A DNA stretch of 64,000 nucleotides from an uncultured virus (IMG/VR IMGVR_UViG_3300027985_001690) (IMGVR_UViG_3300027985_001690), one strand, 5' to 3'. Positions 18,284 through 29,890 are shown, counted from the stretch's first letter. The notes: a model not told the origin generated them from the sequence alone. Program-made: numbers and translations.

Positions 18284-18826
18284 TTTCCCTTGTCCTCTTT
18301 CGCCTTAGCGCTCACGTCGTAGACCATCGATGCCCACGTAAAGGCCTCGTCCCACACGTCGGCGCGGACTCGCGCCTCCGCCGCGGCGTTCCTTGCCTTG
18401 TCCCTTTCGTACCGAAACATGTCGACCAGATCCTTTGGTGTTTTCGGAGCTGACATCTTTCCTCGTCAAGAACATGGGTTGGTGTCGTAGCCGGGTGGCT
18501 TCCATCCGCAAACACGGTGGGAGTCCCACTCGTCGTCGAACAGGTGACCTGCTGGATCAGACCGCAGTGGCTTCCCAATGCACCACGGTGGCGATGACAG
18601 TAAGTACGAGAAAGCCAGCGCACACGTGAGAATCCACGCATCCAGAAACGTCATATGGAGTGCAGCAGTCGGAAGTAGATCTCCGACGTACACGAGCGAG
18701 CACCGTTTCCAGCTGCTCGGCTTCGCCCATGGCTTCTCGCACCACGGACACGCGGAGTCCCCGGGGAGCCTCGGGCTCTCGCAATCCGAGCAGTACTCCA
18801 TCTCGCCGCATGCGTGTCGACATCCG

Positions 18827-19183
18827 CTATCCATCGCCGAGGACCCCGAGCTTCTTGGCGATGTCGACCTGCTCGTCAGCGGCGTACCCGATCCAATTCC
18901 TGAAGTCGCAAGCGTCGCCTTTCCCACACCCGCAGTGGTCGATCAACTCACACAGAGGACACCCTGGTATCGTCGATATCTCAATCCCACCGGCTTCGAC
19001 GCAGTTGTTCAACAGCGCGATGTACGACGAGGCGAGGGGATCGAACCCCGACCTTGTGTCCATCCTACCCGACGAACACTTCGCTTTCCGATCAAATTCC
19101 TCAGCGCTCTTTGAAACGAACGAGGACAGCCCTCGGTCGTCGATGGCATTTCGCAACTCCTTCCAGTGAGATTTGCACATCTG
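18827..19183 (-). CDS. Cys-rich hypothetical protein
   Basis: MQMCKSHWKELRNAIDDRGL...CPLC; part of a co-oriented minus-strand block. Confidence 0.5.
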   Translation of the reverse strand, partial: QMCKSHWKELRNAIDDRGLSSFVSKSAEEFDRKAKCSSGRMDTRSGFDPLASSYIALLNNCVEAGGIEISTIPGCPLCELIDHCGCGKGDACDFRNWIGYAADEQVDIAKKLGVLGDG

Positions 19184-19185
19184 CA

Positions 19186-19452
19186 TCACAGTCCTCCACG
19201 TTTTCTGTATCCGTGCCCCCGACCCCCGGCGCACTCGGTGCAATGCATCCTGGTGGGAGGCGTCTCGCCCACGATGGGACCAACGACGTGCCCGCACTCC
19301 AGCTGGAGCATCCACACGAACGACTCAGCTGCTCGGTCCTGCGCCCACTGTGGAGCGCCATGCTCCAGGTCGAACAGGTGATGCTTTCGCACCTCGCGGT
19401 GGTACTTCGTCTCGAACGTGAGTACCTTGGCTCCCTGGGGCGACGGTTTCAT
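19186..19452 (-). CDS. small zinc-ribbon hypothetical protein
   Basis: LECGH...HCTEC; ATGA overlap with the upstream gene. Confidence 0.45.
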   Translation of the reverse strand: MKPSPQGAKVLTFETKYHREVRKHHLFDLEHGAPQWAQDRAAESFVWMLQLECGHVVGPIVGETPPTRMHCTECAGGRGHGYRKRGGL

Positions 19453-20202
19453 TCCACGTCCTTCAGCGCCGCATCAATTCGACGGAGCAACCCAGGTCTG
19501 GTCTCGTTCTGCCACTCCACCTCCTGGTCGTGCTCCACGGAGCAGTCGGTGCAGTGGGGAGGCTTATCGGAGTCGAGGTCGACGACGCCCGTGAGCATGC
19601 ATCCGCAGTCACAGCAGATGGGCCGCGTGACGTCGCGGAGCAACTCCAGGGCGTCATCCCGCTGGTCGTTTGCATCCGGGACCTCGACGAGTTGCGCGTG
19701 GTCCCGCTCTCTCGTAACCACTCGCAGGAAATCCCTCGTCGCGTCGAGTTCGATGAGCATCGCCCTAGCCAGCTTGTCGGTCTGGGCAAAGTCGCACTCG
19801 TCCAACTCCCGTCTCACCCGTTTCAAGTCGAGCTCGCTCACCGTCGCCTCCTCGCCTCTGCCTCTGTCCGCTTGCTGTACGCGTCTCGGTTCTGACATCC
19901 GTAGCAATCGCAGTCCTCTGGAGGCTCTATGCGCTCACACGCGCAATCGGCCAGCTCCAGCAATTCGTTGTATCTACGGTTTCCGGCCAGGACGTCCAGA
20001 AGCCTATCTATGACGTCTTGCGCCCCGTCCCCGAGGGTGTACTCGGCGTCCCGGTTGTTCTTGATCCCGTGGTCATTGCGGGAGAGAAGACCCCGGCGCC
20101 ACAACCGTACTGCTGCTGTCCGCTCGCCCGGGAACGCGATGCACGGACTCTTGGAGTTCGCGACTCGAGACAGCAGCGCCAACTCTACCAGGTGCTTCTT
20201 CA

Positions 20203-20760
20203 TCAATCGGCCTTGTCCTGGATGCTCTGGAGGGCCCTGACGTACCAGACGTTGTTGATGTCCGCGTCGGTGATTTCCTTGAGTTGATCCTCCGACTCGA
20301 TGACGCCCCACCAAGACTCGCACCCGAGCACGACTCGTTTGAGGTCGAACACCCAGATCGCCGGGTTGTGAAAGCCGAAATCGACCTGTATCGCCTCGAT
20401 CTCGCGACTGTACTTGACGGAGACCCCGAGCGCCAACTCGCCGAGCAGCATTCCCAGGTAGGTCTTGTCGTCCGAACAACACCTGACCTTGACGAAGCAC
20501 CCGCTGGCGTTCTTCACCGAGGCGCCGACCAGCGCGGACCCCCTCCCTTGGACAATCCTTCGAACGGGCCTGGCCTCGGGAGAGTTGGAGACGGGAAGAT
20601 CCGTCATCATCTCTGCCATCCAGTCCTCGCAGACCTTCTCGGACTCCGGTCCGTGGAAGCTCCGATCGAAGATGTTGACCCGCTCCTCCTCGAGGGCTTT
20701 GATCTGTTTTTCGATCTGTTCCAGACGCTCGCTCTGCTCTTCTTTCACGTTACGCATCAT
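20203..20760 (-). CDS. conserved hypothetical phage protein
   Basis: KTYLGMLLGEL...NPAIWVFDLKRVVLGCESWWGVIESEDQLKEITDADINNVWYV, recalled as a recurrent phage protein family. Confidence 0.6.
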   Translation of the reverse strand: MMRNVKEEQSERLEQIEKQIKALEEERVNIFDRSFHGPESEKVCEDWMAEMMTDLPVSNSPEARPVRRIVQGRGSALVGASVKNASGCFVKVRCCSDDKTYLGMLLGELALGVSVKYSREIEAIQVDFGFHNPAIWVFDLKRVVLGCESWWGVIESEDQLKEITDADINNVWYVRALQSIQDKAD

Positions 20761-21710
20761 GTTGCCTCCGGGTATTGCCTGACACGCAGGCTGTTCGGCC
20801 ACTCGTCCATGTTCCTCCCCGCGACGTCCTTCAAACGACGCACGGTGCGACCGTATTCCTTGGGGACCTTGGCGAAACGCCCGGCCACCCAATTCTTCTC
20901 GTCGATGTACGCGGACCCCATCTGCTTCATGTAGACGGCGATCCCGTCGTCCTCGCCCTGACGCGCGATGCTCTCCAACCACTCCCGCCGGCACTCCCTC
21001 GCCCGCGGCCCGGACTCCCCTCCCGGGATGAGCCAGTCGACCCACCTGTCCTGAACCCATCCCTGCGGTCCCCCCGTCTCGTGGCCGTATTCGTCCCTCT
21101 TCAGCTCGATCGGACCCAGCAGCGGCTCGAGGGATAGGAACCTGACCGCCGCGGGGACCTGGACCAGGTCCGGTATGCGCTTGTCGGCCCGATCCTGGTC
21201 CTCGCAGGTGGTGCCCACCCAGACGTTCCGGAGGGGCCATACGTCGGGCAGGCCCATCGCGTCGACGTCGACGCCGTGGTTCTGGGCGTTGACCCCGCAT
21301 AGCAAGGGTATCGGACACTGGGCCATCCGCGACTCATCCACCAGCCACTCGTAGAACTTGAGCATCCTGTCGGGGCGCTTCGTCAGCAGGATGAAGACGT
21401 GCTGCGGGCACGCGGCCATGACCCCGTACATCGCCGCGATGTACTCGAAGGGAACGTGCGGGTGGAAGGTGTCGCCCATGTCGTTGACAAAGATGCGCCG
21501 GGGCTTTCGCCAGTGCGTTGGGTCCCCCAGCTTGTTGTCCTGCTGGACGATGTTCCCGTTCCACTTTCCGTTGGTTGTCGCCATCCGGTACGGCGGGAGG
21601 TGACGAAGCCGGGTGCCTGCGAGCTTCTCGGCGTAGCAGTTGGCGCAGCCGGGAGAGGCGTGTGAGCACCCGATGAGAGGATTCCAACTCTGGTCCCACC
21701 ACTTGCTCAT
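20757..21710 (-). CDS. phage Gp37/Gp68 (DUF5131) family protein
   Basis: SWNPLIGCSHASPGCANCYAE, WRKPRRIFVNDMGDTFH, LLTKRP, RFLSLEPLLG, WLIPGGESG. Confidence 0.9.
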   Translation of the reverse strand: MSKWWDQSWNPLIGCSHASPGCANCYAEKLAGTRLRHLPPYRMATTNGKWNGNIVQQDNKLGDPTHWRKPRRIFVNDMGDTFHPHVPFEYIAAMYGVMAACPQHVFILLTKRPDRMLKFYEWLVDESRMAQCPIPLLCGVNAQNHGVDVDAMGLPDVWPLRNVWVGTTCEDQDRADKRIPDLVQVPAAVRFLSLEPLLGPIELKRDEYGHETGGPQGWVQDRWVDWLIPGGESGPRARECRREWLESIARQGEDDGIAVYMKQMGSAYIDEKNWVAGRFAKVPKEYGRTVRRLKDVAGRNMDEWPNSLRVRQYPEAT

Positions 21711-22290
21711 TTCACACCAGCCTTCATCATCATGACGTAGGCAAGTGCTCCGACGGCGGACGCCCCCAGGATCGAATAGACCCATGGGTTCTCGCGCGCC
21801 CACTCTGCCATCCTGACCTGGTCGAGCCACTCCAGGTCCTCCTCGTCCATCAGGTTGCCCTCGGCCAGCTGGGAGCAGCAGAAGCCCATGGACGCCAAGC
21901 AGCCTTCGTAGAAGTCCGACGGCTTGTGGTAGATCTCCCTGGCTCGCCTCTTCGCATCGCACATGAGACGTTGCGTTTTCATGCGCAGCATACGTGTCTT
22001 CATCCGCAGTGTCTTCATCCGCAGCATACGTTGCGTCCTTTCACGAGGGGTACGCCCCCGTTCGAGCTTACGTGATCACCCTTCATGGACGTCCTGCACT
22101 GGCATCTGAGGCCAAGAGTGGTCTCGGTCGCAAAGACCTTTTCCCCTACATGCTTGAAAGGATCGGGCTCGACCCCTCCTGGGAACGCAACTATATGAAT
22201 GGTAGTGCGAACATCCACCACGGCTCCGCAGGACGGGCATGTGAATCGAATTACGTCGGTGGCTTCCCAAAGTCCCATTTCGATATCCTC

Positions 22291-22848
22291 TCAGAACAGC
22301 CCGAGTTGCGCCTTATTGACGGGGGTGCCCAACAGGTGGAATCGGATTCGGTCGAACTCGTCCCGGCACTCCATGCCGCGGGAGCACCCGGGGCTGTCGG
22401 TGGACCTGCACGCCGGCGAGAAGTACAGGTCAGACCAATTCGCCCCCATGCGCCGGCGGAAGACGTTCACGGGTTTGCCGCAAGCGCAGCATGGAAGCAC
22501 GATCTGCTGCAGTCGAAGCGAGGCATCGCGCGGGAGCCCTCGGACCTCGAGCCCGCGAAGCTCGTGGGGCCGCTCGCCGAAGAACGGTCGGACGAAGCTC
22601 CACACCGGATGGTCACAGATGCTCTTGGGATCGCTCTGCGTCAGTGCCACCTCCCAGTCGTTAGCGTTCACGTCCTCCCACTCGAACGTGAACCTCTCCT
22701 CCTGGAGCTCGGCGCGGTGGCCGAAGACGTCGACGTGCACGGGGAACAGAACTCCATCCCGGAGACGAAGCAGACGATCCGGCTTCCAACTCGACCTCCT
22801 GACGTCCCTCCCGTCGACCAGCGCTATCTTCGCCTCAACGATGTCCAT
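22291..22848 (-). CDS. hypothetical protein (DUF2829-like N-terminus)
   Basis: MDIVEAKIALVDGRDVRRSSW...EDVNANDWEV pattern. Confidence 0.5.
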   Translation of the reverse strand: MDIVEAKIALVDGRDVRRSSWKPDRLLRLRDGVLFPVHVDVFGHRAELQEERFTFEWEDVNANDWEVALTQSDPKSICDHPVWSFVRPFFGERPHELRGLEVRGLPRDASLRLQQIVLPCCACGKPVNVFRRRMGANWSDLYFSPACRSTDSPGCSRGMECRDEFDRIRFHLLGTPVNKAQLGLF

Positions 22849-22851
22849 GGG

Positions 22852-23190
22852 TCAGTACTCCTCCGAGCACAGGAATCCGCGTCCATTCCTACGCGTCCAC
22901 TCCGCGCAGGTGAGCCTGTCGAATCCCTTGTAACACATCCGGTGATGGCCATTGGGGAAACGGCTGCGCGCCGGCCACATCTGGCACTCGCACGTCCTGG
23001 AATCCACATCCTCGTTCCAGATGGTGAGCGCCCGGTCTCCCGGCAACTCCTCCCATTCTTCGTCGGCCCCGCCGAAGTCATCCTTGGTCGATCCGGCGCC
23101 GTGGTGCTCGAGCAAGACAGACCAAGCGTCCTCTTGATCCTTGGCTACGACCATGTCCGGCCCCAACACGAATACGTTCAATTCAGCCAT
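22852..23190 (-). CDS. hypothetical protein
   Basis: 112-aa ORF ending GRGFLCSEEY, within the co-oriented block. Confidence 0.5.
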   Translation of the reverse strand: MAELNVFVLGPDMVVAKDQEDAWSVLLEHHGAGSTKDDFGGADEEWEELPGDRALTIWNEDVDSRTCECQMWPARSRFPNGHHRMCYKGFDRLTCAEWTRRNGRGFLCSEEY

Positions 23191-23818
23191 GTTCGCTCCT
23201 TCCCAACAGGTCCATCATCCCCTTGTCTGCCATGCATCGTTCTCGGACCTCTTGAATCGCTTCGCCGTAGACCTGGCGAATCATCTCGCGCCCCCACCTG
23301 ATGCCCATTCGGTCGAAGAGCATCTCGCCGATCTCGCTGAACTGACGACGGGACATCGCTCGCTCCCGGACCACCAGGGCCTTGGCGGGGGGCAGGTCCT
23401 GAAGGTATTCGGCGAGCCGGTATGCAACCTCCCTCCTGGCGATCATCTCCTCGGGAGGAGCCTCCAGCATCGCAATGCTCACCCCGTGGTGTTGGCTTTC
23501 CAGCATGGGGTGCAGCTCCTCCGCGCTCATCTCCCGGACGAGTACCGGGTTGATCACGCGGAGGACCTCGGGGGGCCAGATGTCCTCCGGAAGCACCCCA
23601 AAGAAGCTGGCGATTTTGGTCGCCGTAGGTTTCCACCTCGCCCGTCCCGCATCCTGGCCCACCGGGCACCAGAACAACCCTTCGCACCTGGTGTAGAGGC
23701 CATAGGACATCCCGATTTGCTCGGCCATCTCCTTCATGGTCAGGCCCAGGTCGGTCCTGAATCGCTTCAAAATGTTGTTGCGAAGACGGAGCGTGAGCTC
23801 GAATGGCTTGTCATTCAT
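23183..23818 (-). CDS. XRE-type HTH protein with a sigma region 4-like C-terminus
   Basis: LKRFRTDLGLTMKEMAEQIGMS..Y..CE (XRE HTH); LQDLPPAKALVVRER...FSEIGE...REMIRQ (sigma4-like). Confidence 0.6.
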   Translation of the reverse strand: MNDKPFELTLRLRNNILKRFRTDLGLTMKEMAEQIGMSYGLYTRCEGLFWCPVGQDAGRARWKPTATKIASFFGVLPEDIWPPEVLRVINPVLVREMSAEELHPMLESQHHGVSIAMLEAPPEEMIARREVAYRLAEYLQDLPPAKALVVRERAMSRRQFSEIGEMLFDRMGIRWGREMIRQVYGEAIQEVRERCMADKGMMDLLGRSEHG

Positions 23819-24294
23819 TCGTTCTTCTCCGTGGGCGGGGATCGGTAGTCCTTGGACTCTCCCAGCATCCGAATCTTCGGCTTGGTTCTGAACAGCCTAC
23901 GGGGGATTCTGGCCCCCAGCATCACAGGTACCAAGATGGGCATCAACACCGGCCAGAAGATTCCAATCCACACCTTGTCGTCGGGATTAGCTGGCGCTGG
24001 TATCTTACCTAGATCCACCATCTCTATCGTGAACCCGAGTCCTACAAGGTAGACCACGGCACCTATCGGAACCAACAGGAACAGGGAAATCATCGCTCGC
24101 ACTCCCTGCACTCGACCCATGCTGGCGCGGGCACGTCCTGGACTCGGTTGACGAATGGCTCGCTCACGAAGGTCTTCGTGTGCCCGCACTCGAGCCGAAG
24201 TTCGTACCGATAGGACCATCCCTTGGCGTGACCTCCCACGAACACCTGGCACCACCCAAGACGGCTTGCCGACACGACATTGCTTCGGGCCACG

Positions 24295-24989
24295 TTACGC
24301 CTCCTTCCACCCGTAGCGAATACGCCTGTCAGTCACGCTCCGGACGACGTCTCCCAACGCCGATCCGATGGTGCTCCCCGGTCCGGACAGCGAGAACATG
24401 GCGTCCGGACCGCAGTCCCAAGGGTTCTCGCCCTTCCCCGGAATGGGAATCTGCTCCCCTTCCTTCGCCTCTGCCTCGTAGCAGTCGACGACGTTGGCCG
24501 ACCATGCCGGGGCCCTCGGGCGCCGATAGGTCCTCCGGACGAGCTTCACGGTCCAGCGGTAGGTCCTCTCGGGTAGGGCCACGACGACGTCGGTCTCTTC
24601 CCGGATGACCTTGGAGTGGACGGCCTCCCCGAACACAAAGTCGATCGGGTGAAAGCTACCGCTCCTCCACCTGGGATCGGTAGAGTTCCAGCTGCTGTCG
24701 GAGTGCATGATCGACCACCACAAGGCGTTGTCGTGGAGGGACAAGCGAACCAGGTCGACGCCGTCCCAGCGCTCGGCGCCGGCGAGCCGCCTGATTCTGT
24801 CCACCAGCGGCAGGCTCGATCGGGGGAGCTCGACGGCGACGTGGATCGATGCCCCCATGCAGAGCGACATGACGACCGATCCGTCCACGCTCAGGCCGAG
24901 CAACTTGAGCCCGGAGTTGGCATCCCAGTCGACGCGCACTGGGCCCTTCACCAGCCATCCCCGGGGAAACCATCCGCCTTGCGACCTAA
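24295..24989 (-). CDS. hypothetical protein
   Basis: Long minus-strand ORF with IPIPGKGENPWDCGPD motif; start uncertain. Confidence 0.5.
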
Positions 24990-26152
24990 GCATTTTTCGC
25001 CTCCCGTGCCGCGGCATACACGTCCGCGAGCGTCTTGGCCTTCATATGCGGTGCTGGTTCCAGACCGGTCAGCCTCGTGTAGATCTCGCCCGCCTTGGCC
25101 GGGTCGAGCTCGTCGACGTGGATCTGGTCTAGCAGCCGTCCCTTCCGAAGCAGCGCTGGGTCCATCTCGAGCCGTCGCGCGTTGGTGGTGCAGATCAGCC
25201 GGACGTCCGCGACCATTCCGAACATGCCGTCCGTGAGGTTGAGCATGCTGTTGATCGCCGTGATGTTGTCGGCCATCCGCTGGACGAGCAGCTGGTCGGC
25301 GTCCTCAATGATGAGGCAGGTAGGCTTTCGTCGCTTGATCAAGAAGTTGCCGAGGGAAGGCTTCGTGAACTCCGGGACGTACTGCGAAGGAACCAGAACG
25401 CACTGGGTCTTCTTGATGGCGTTGATCATCGACCGGACCATGTACGTCTTGCCTGTACCTGGGGGACCGTGGATGATGAGCAGCCGTCCCGATGGGTCAG
25501 GCGACGACAACTCACGAACGGCGGCATCGAACTGCGATGCGACCAGTTCGGTGTAGTTGCCTCGCTCGAGCTCGTCCTCGAACTTGGCAATCGCCTTGAG
25601 CCTCGTCCCACCAGCGGTGAAGTGCAACACGTGGAGCTTCTTTTCTGTCTTCCTCGTTGGCTTCTCGACGCGATGGTTGGCGAACATCGCCTTGAGACTC
25701 ATAGCGCTGGAGTCCACCCACTTCTGCAGCCCAGACAAGTCGAAGACGATATCGATGGCTCCGGGTGCCCCTTCCATAGTCGATGCCTTTTGGGCAATCA
25801 TCGCCCCACGTCGGTATCGCCTGACGGTAGTGCGATGACTTCGAGACCTGCCCAAATGCATAATCCCTGTCGGGAAGGACACGATCATCCTATTGTCTCC
25901 CGACCTGCCTCCCTGCCAAACGATGTTGCCTTTGGACTTGGCTATCCATGCGAGTACCAGGCGAAACGAATCTGACTTGACGGATTCGATCGTGAACTCT
26001 GTATCGGTGAAAACTCCCTTGCCGTCGCAGGCCTTGATTGTCTTGGCACGCAACACGTCCTGGAAAATGTCCTCGGACCCGCCCCTCGTACGAAGCATGG
26101 TCTCAACCGACATCCTCGAGAACGTCTTGGTGTTCTTCGTGGCTCGACTCAT
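24986..26152 (-). CDS. AAA+ ATPase
   Basis: Walker A HGPPGTGKT, Walker B LIIEDAD, LNLTDG, ICTTN, DPALLRKGR (second region of homology). Confidence 0.9.
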   Translation of the reverse strand: MSRATKNTKTFSRMSVETMLRTRGGSEDIFQDVLRAKTIKACDGKGVFTDTEFTIESVKSDSFRLVLAWIAKSKGNIVWQGGRSGDNRMIVSFPTGIMHLGRSRSHRTTVRRYRRGAMIAQKASTMEGAPGAIDIVFDLSGLQKWVDSSAMSLKAMFANHRVEKPTRKTEKKLHVLHFTAGGTRLKAIAKFEDELERGNYTELVASQFDAAVRELSSPDPSGRLLIIHGPPGTGKTYMVRSMINAIKKTQCVLVPSQYVPEFTKPSLGNFLIKRRKPTCLIIEDADQLLVQRMADNITAINSMLNLTDGMFGMVADVRLICTTNARRLEMDPALLRKGRLLDQIHVDELDPAKAGEIYTRLTGLEPAPHMKAKTLADVYAAAREAKNA

Positions 26153-26496
26153 ACGGACCTACCTCTCAGCCATTCTCCGAATGTCTCGTTCGAATCAGCT
26201 CGAAGGAACTCGCGATACCGGGCCTGGGACCGGGTGAGCTTGGGGGCCTTCGGGCTGTGCTCGTCCACGTACGCCCGACCGTCGTCCGTGACCACGAAGA
26301 TGGGATCGCCCCCACTGATGGCGCGCCCGGCGTGCTCCGTCATGAGACCCTTCTCCGCGGCGTCTCTGCAGACGTCGTAGGACTCGCTTCCTTCCCCGGT
26401 GACGTAGTGGTTGCGGTAGTCGCGGTCGAGCCCTTCCTTGCGCCTTCCGTAGGCGTCCCGGCCCAGGGCGTGTTGGAGTACCTCCAGCGTCGTCAT
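26149..26496 (-). CDS. conserved hypothetical phage protein
   Basis: LQHALG..YRNHYVT...FVVTDDGR...KLTRSQARYREFL. Confidence 0.6.
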   Translation of the reverse strand: MTTLEVLQHALGRDAYGRRKEGLDRDYRNHYVTGEGSESYDVCRDAAEKGLMTEHAGRAISGGDPIFVVTDDGRAYVDEHSPKAPKLTRSQARYREFLRADSNETFGEWLRGRSV

Positions 26497-27941
26497 TCGA
26501 TTCCGAGCTCCTTCGCGCGGTCCAGGAACGCGTGCTCCGCGGCGGTTGCATTCCAAGGAACGATCTCGTCGGCCATGGGCTCCCCGACCCACTGCCACGC
26601 CCGAGGGGGGTCGCACATCAGGTCGCGGCGCTCGGTACCGAGCATGATCAGGTCGGCCTCGGTGACGGACTTGGGCTGCTGGTACGGCAGCCCGAACCGG
26701 TCGCACACGCACCGCATGATTCCGGCCTCCATGCGTCGGAACCACTCGCCACCCGGGGAGTGCTTGATGGGCCTCACCAGGTCGGAGACGTAGGCCTCCG
26801 CCGCGTCGTGCAGCAGTGCCCACTTGGCGTCCTGCTCGGGCACCAGCATGCTGGCCAGCACGCTGTGCTGAGCGACAGAGTAGAACACCCGGGTGTGCCC
26901 CGAGAAACGGCAGGTCAGCGATAGGGCGTGGGCGACGTCCTCGAGGACGATGTCCTCGGGCTTCGGCTCAAGAGGCCAGAAGACGCCACCGCTGCAGGTT
27001 TGCATCCAGTCGCCGCGAATCTCCACGTTCCGGTCGACAGGTACGATGTCGGTGTCCAGCTCGTCGCGGATCTGCTTTGCCAACGTCTTCATGGCCATCA
27101 GGTATCCCTCGACACCATCCGCATGGTCGATGACCTTCAGCGCTTCCGCGGACAGCTTGCCGGGATTCAGCTGCAGGAAGTCGTCCACCTGGGAAAGCAG
27201 GGCGCGAACCCTTCCCAGCTTCTCCTCCGCGGCGTTCGCGCGGGCGGCGTTGTGGTTGGAGGTCTCGATCCACCAATCGAGCTTGTTCGCTGTTTCCTCC
27301 GACTTGCGCTCCAATTCAGCGTTCTGATCTCGAAGCCGGCGGGCGGGAGCGAGCTCGAGGCTCCACTGCTTGTGCGTTCGGTCTTTGGGGTCGACCGTCG
27401 GGTGCCCGTCGAGCTCGAATCCGATGGCGTCGAGCTTCCCGCAGAGTTCGTGGACTCGATCCCGACTGAACCGGAGTTCCGACTGGGAGGTCTCCAGGGA
27501 CTTTTCCGCGTCCACGCGTAACTCGTGCGGGGTCTTCCCGTTCGGTCGATGAACGGTCGTGACGACGGTCCCGTGCTCTGGATGTATGAACCGGAACTCG
27601 ATGTAGTTTTCGACGTCCCTCGCGGTCAGCGTGTCGATAAAGTGCGACGCAATCATCTGCGCGCACTCGTGCGAGCTGGTGAATTGGACCTGGTGCCCGA
27701 AGATGAAGGTGTCCAACTGCGGCGACTTGCCAAGCATCGACTGGATGACGTCGGCCATCACCTCCGGAACCACGAGACGTATTCCGGCGTTCGTGGAGTC
27801 CCACCCGTCGGCGTCGTTGCCGAAAATCTTCGGATCGGGAGGGAACGACACAATCTCCCTGCCCTCTTCGTCGACGGCGAGGCTTCCCGGAGCCTCGAAA
27901 ACTACGTCGTCCCCCTCTCGGTAGATCTTGAGATCAGCCAT
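26493..27941 (-). CDS. fusion protein: Ead/Ea22-like coiled region plus C-terminal HD-domain (YfdR/YfbR-like) deoxynucleotidase
   Basis: C-terminus WMQTCSG..FWPLEP...DVAHALSLTCRFSGH...YSVAQHS...ALLHDAAEAY.SD...PIK...ADLIMLGTERRDL. Confidence 0.8.
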   Translation of the reverse strand: MADLKIYREGDDVVFEAPGSLAVDEEGREIVSFPPDPKIFGNDADGWDSTNAGIRLVVPEVMADVIQSMLGKSPQLDTFIFGHQVQFTSSHECAQMIASHFIDTLTARDVENYIEFRFIHPEHGTVVTTVHRPNGKTPHELRVDAEKSLETSQSELRFSRDRVHELCGKLDAIGFELDGHPTVDPKDRTHKQWSLELAPARRLRDQNAELERKSEETANKLDWWIETSNHNAARANAAEEKLGRVRALLSQVDDFLQLNPGKLSAEALKVIDHADGVEGYLMAMKTLAKQIRDELDTDIVPVDRNVEIRGDWMQTCSGGVFWPLEPKPEDIVLEDVAHALSLTCRFSGHTRVFYSVAQHSVLASMLVPEQDAKWALLHDAAEAYVSDLVRPIKHSPGGEWFRRMEAGIMRCVCDRFGLPYQQPKSVTEADLIMLGTERRDLMCDPPRAWQWVGEPMADEIVPWNATAAEHAFLDRAKELGIE

Positions 27942-29391
27942 CCTTCTTCTCCTCCCACTTCATCGACTTGGCGACGCCCCAGGCCATCGAGATGACCACG
28001 GGAAGCGTCTCGCTGGGCAGCTGGGTGTCGATGTAGCGCTTCATCACCACCACGAGCAGGGCGACCATGCTGGCCGGCCCGAGCTTGCCCTCGGCGTGCC
28101 ACTTCTTGTAGACCTCGCCGAGGGCCGTGTTTGCATCGTTGACCATGTCGACGTCCGGCGTCCGCATGGCTTCCAGCACTGCTTTTACGTGATTATCCAT
28201 CCGTGTTCTCCACCGGCGCTGGCGCGCAGCGCCGTCGAAATTGGACCACCGCGGCATCCGCCCGCTGCGACATGACGTGTTCGTCCAACCCATAGTGCCG
28301 TCTCTCGTGCCACGTCGTTGACGTCTCCGCCGCGGCGTACGCGAGGGCCCAAACGATCTTCTCTTCGGTCGTCTCGAGGTTCATTGCCCCATCCGTTTCT
28401 CCGCCAACGACGACAGGATCGCTCGTTCCTTGTCGTTGAGCTTGAGCAGGTCGGCAGCGTCCTTGAGGTGCTCCAAGGCCTTGACGACGTCGCCACCTTC
28501 GACCGGCTCGGGCTGCAACCAGTCGGACCAGACGTGTTGCAGCATGTCGTTGGGGACTTCCTTGCCGCAGTGCCCGCAGCTTCCCATCGCCTCGGTGGAG
28601 ATGGTCGCAACCGAGAGAAGACCGGGAACGTTGTACTTCTGTACGCAATCCCAGCACACCCGGATGACCTGCCTGTCATCGATCGACAGGTACCGCATCA
28701 CTTCTTTTCGGATGTGCGGGGTGATGTCGGTGTACCCTCGGGCCTCCTCGTACCCTTCCTCGTCCATGCCAAGAATCGACACCCTGTCCCCTGACCATCC
28801 CTGAGCAATCACCTTCGATGCGGGGACAAGCAAAGAAGCCAACAACGTCATCGAACGTAGACGCTCTGGGGGTTGGCTACCGTCGGGCGCAACCACCAAC
28901 TCGCCCAACTCGATCGGCTCGATCCTCTGCCTCTTGTCGTGGTTGGCAATGATTCTGTACTTGCTATCCACTGGTTCCCCCTCGCTTGCCCGAGCCGCTG
29001 CAATCCGGACACGGGTTGTACTTGGTGCCTTCCTTCTCGGAGATTGACTTGAACAGCTTGCCGCTTCCGGTGCATCGGGCGCACCGGCCAGTACGCATCG
29101 ACCACTCCTCGCACCAAGCCTTGTGGTCCCTTCGCGAGAAGATGGCGACCTTCCCCTCCTTGCGGTTCCACTTCCGCTGCCCTTTGCGTGGACCGCTCTT
29201 TCGGAGGGTCGGGATGCCAAGCGTGATCTTGACGTGCTGGTCGTCCTCCAAGGTCTCGTACATGAAGGCCTCCCACTCAGGCCCCACGCCGAGCTTGTCC
29301 TGAGCGTGAAGCTGGAATAGGTCGATCCACACGGGTTCGGGCTTGTCGACCGCGGGCACCGGCGGCTCATCGAACAGGGTCTTCTGCTCGG

Positions 29392-29634
29392 TCATCCCGT
29401 GGCTCCTTCCGACCAGCGGTTGTCCTCCGGCGATGGCCCGGGGATGAAGCACCAGAACTCGGGCTCGGCGTCCGGTCCGATGTATCCCTCGGCCTCGTTG
29501 CCCCAGCCGGCCCCATCGTAGCTCTCGACGATGTACGTCAGCTCGGTCGACCAGCACAGCACTGGCTGGCCTATGGGCGGCATGCGCTCGGAGCACGCAA
29601 ACCATCTCTCACGGTCTTCGTTCGGTATGTCCAC
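29392..29634 (-). CDS. DUF551-like protein
   Basis: WFACSERMPPIGQPVL...FWCFIPGP. Confidence 0.6.
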   Translation of the reverse strand: MDIPNEDRERWFACSERMPPIGQPVLCWSTELTYIVESYDGAGWGNEAEGYIGPDAEPEFWCFIPGPSPEDNRWSEGATG

Positions 29635-29639
29635 GGTCT

Positions 29640-29890
29640 CACCTCGTGTACACGGTTGGGTAGGGAAGAAAGAAGTAGCACGCCTGCTACCGTTGTGCTA
29701 CCACTTTTTTGCTCGGGGGAAACGAAAGGACGACCGAATGGTTTTCGAGCTTGTTGTAGTAGGTGATCACGACGATGGACGCATCCACCGAATGAAGGTT
29801 GAGGTCTTTGCGTTCCTCGTTCGTAGGTTCGGGTGGACCATCGGCAGCGTCCACATGCACGCCGGCAAGTCGTTGAAGAAAGGATCGAAG
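29640..29890. promoter_or_regulatory. divergent control region between a minus-strand and a plus-strand gene block
   Basis: Strand switch; locally AT-richer; inverted repeat GTAGCA-CGCC-TGCTAC near 29674-29690. Confidence 0.4.
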
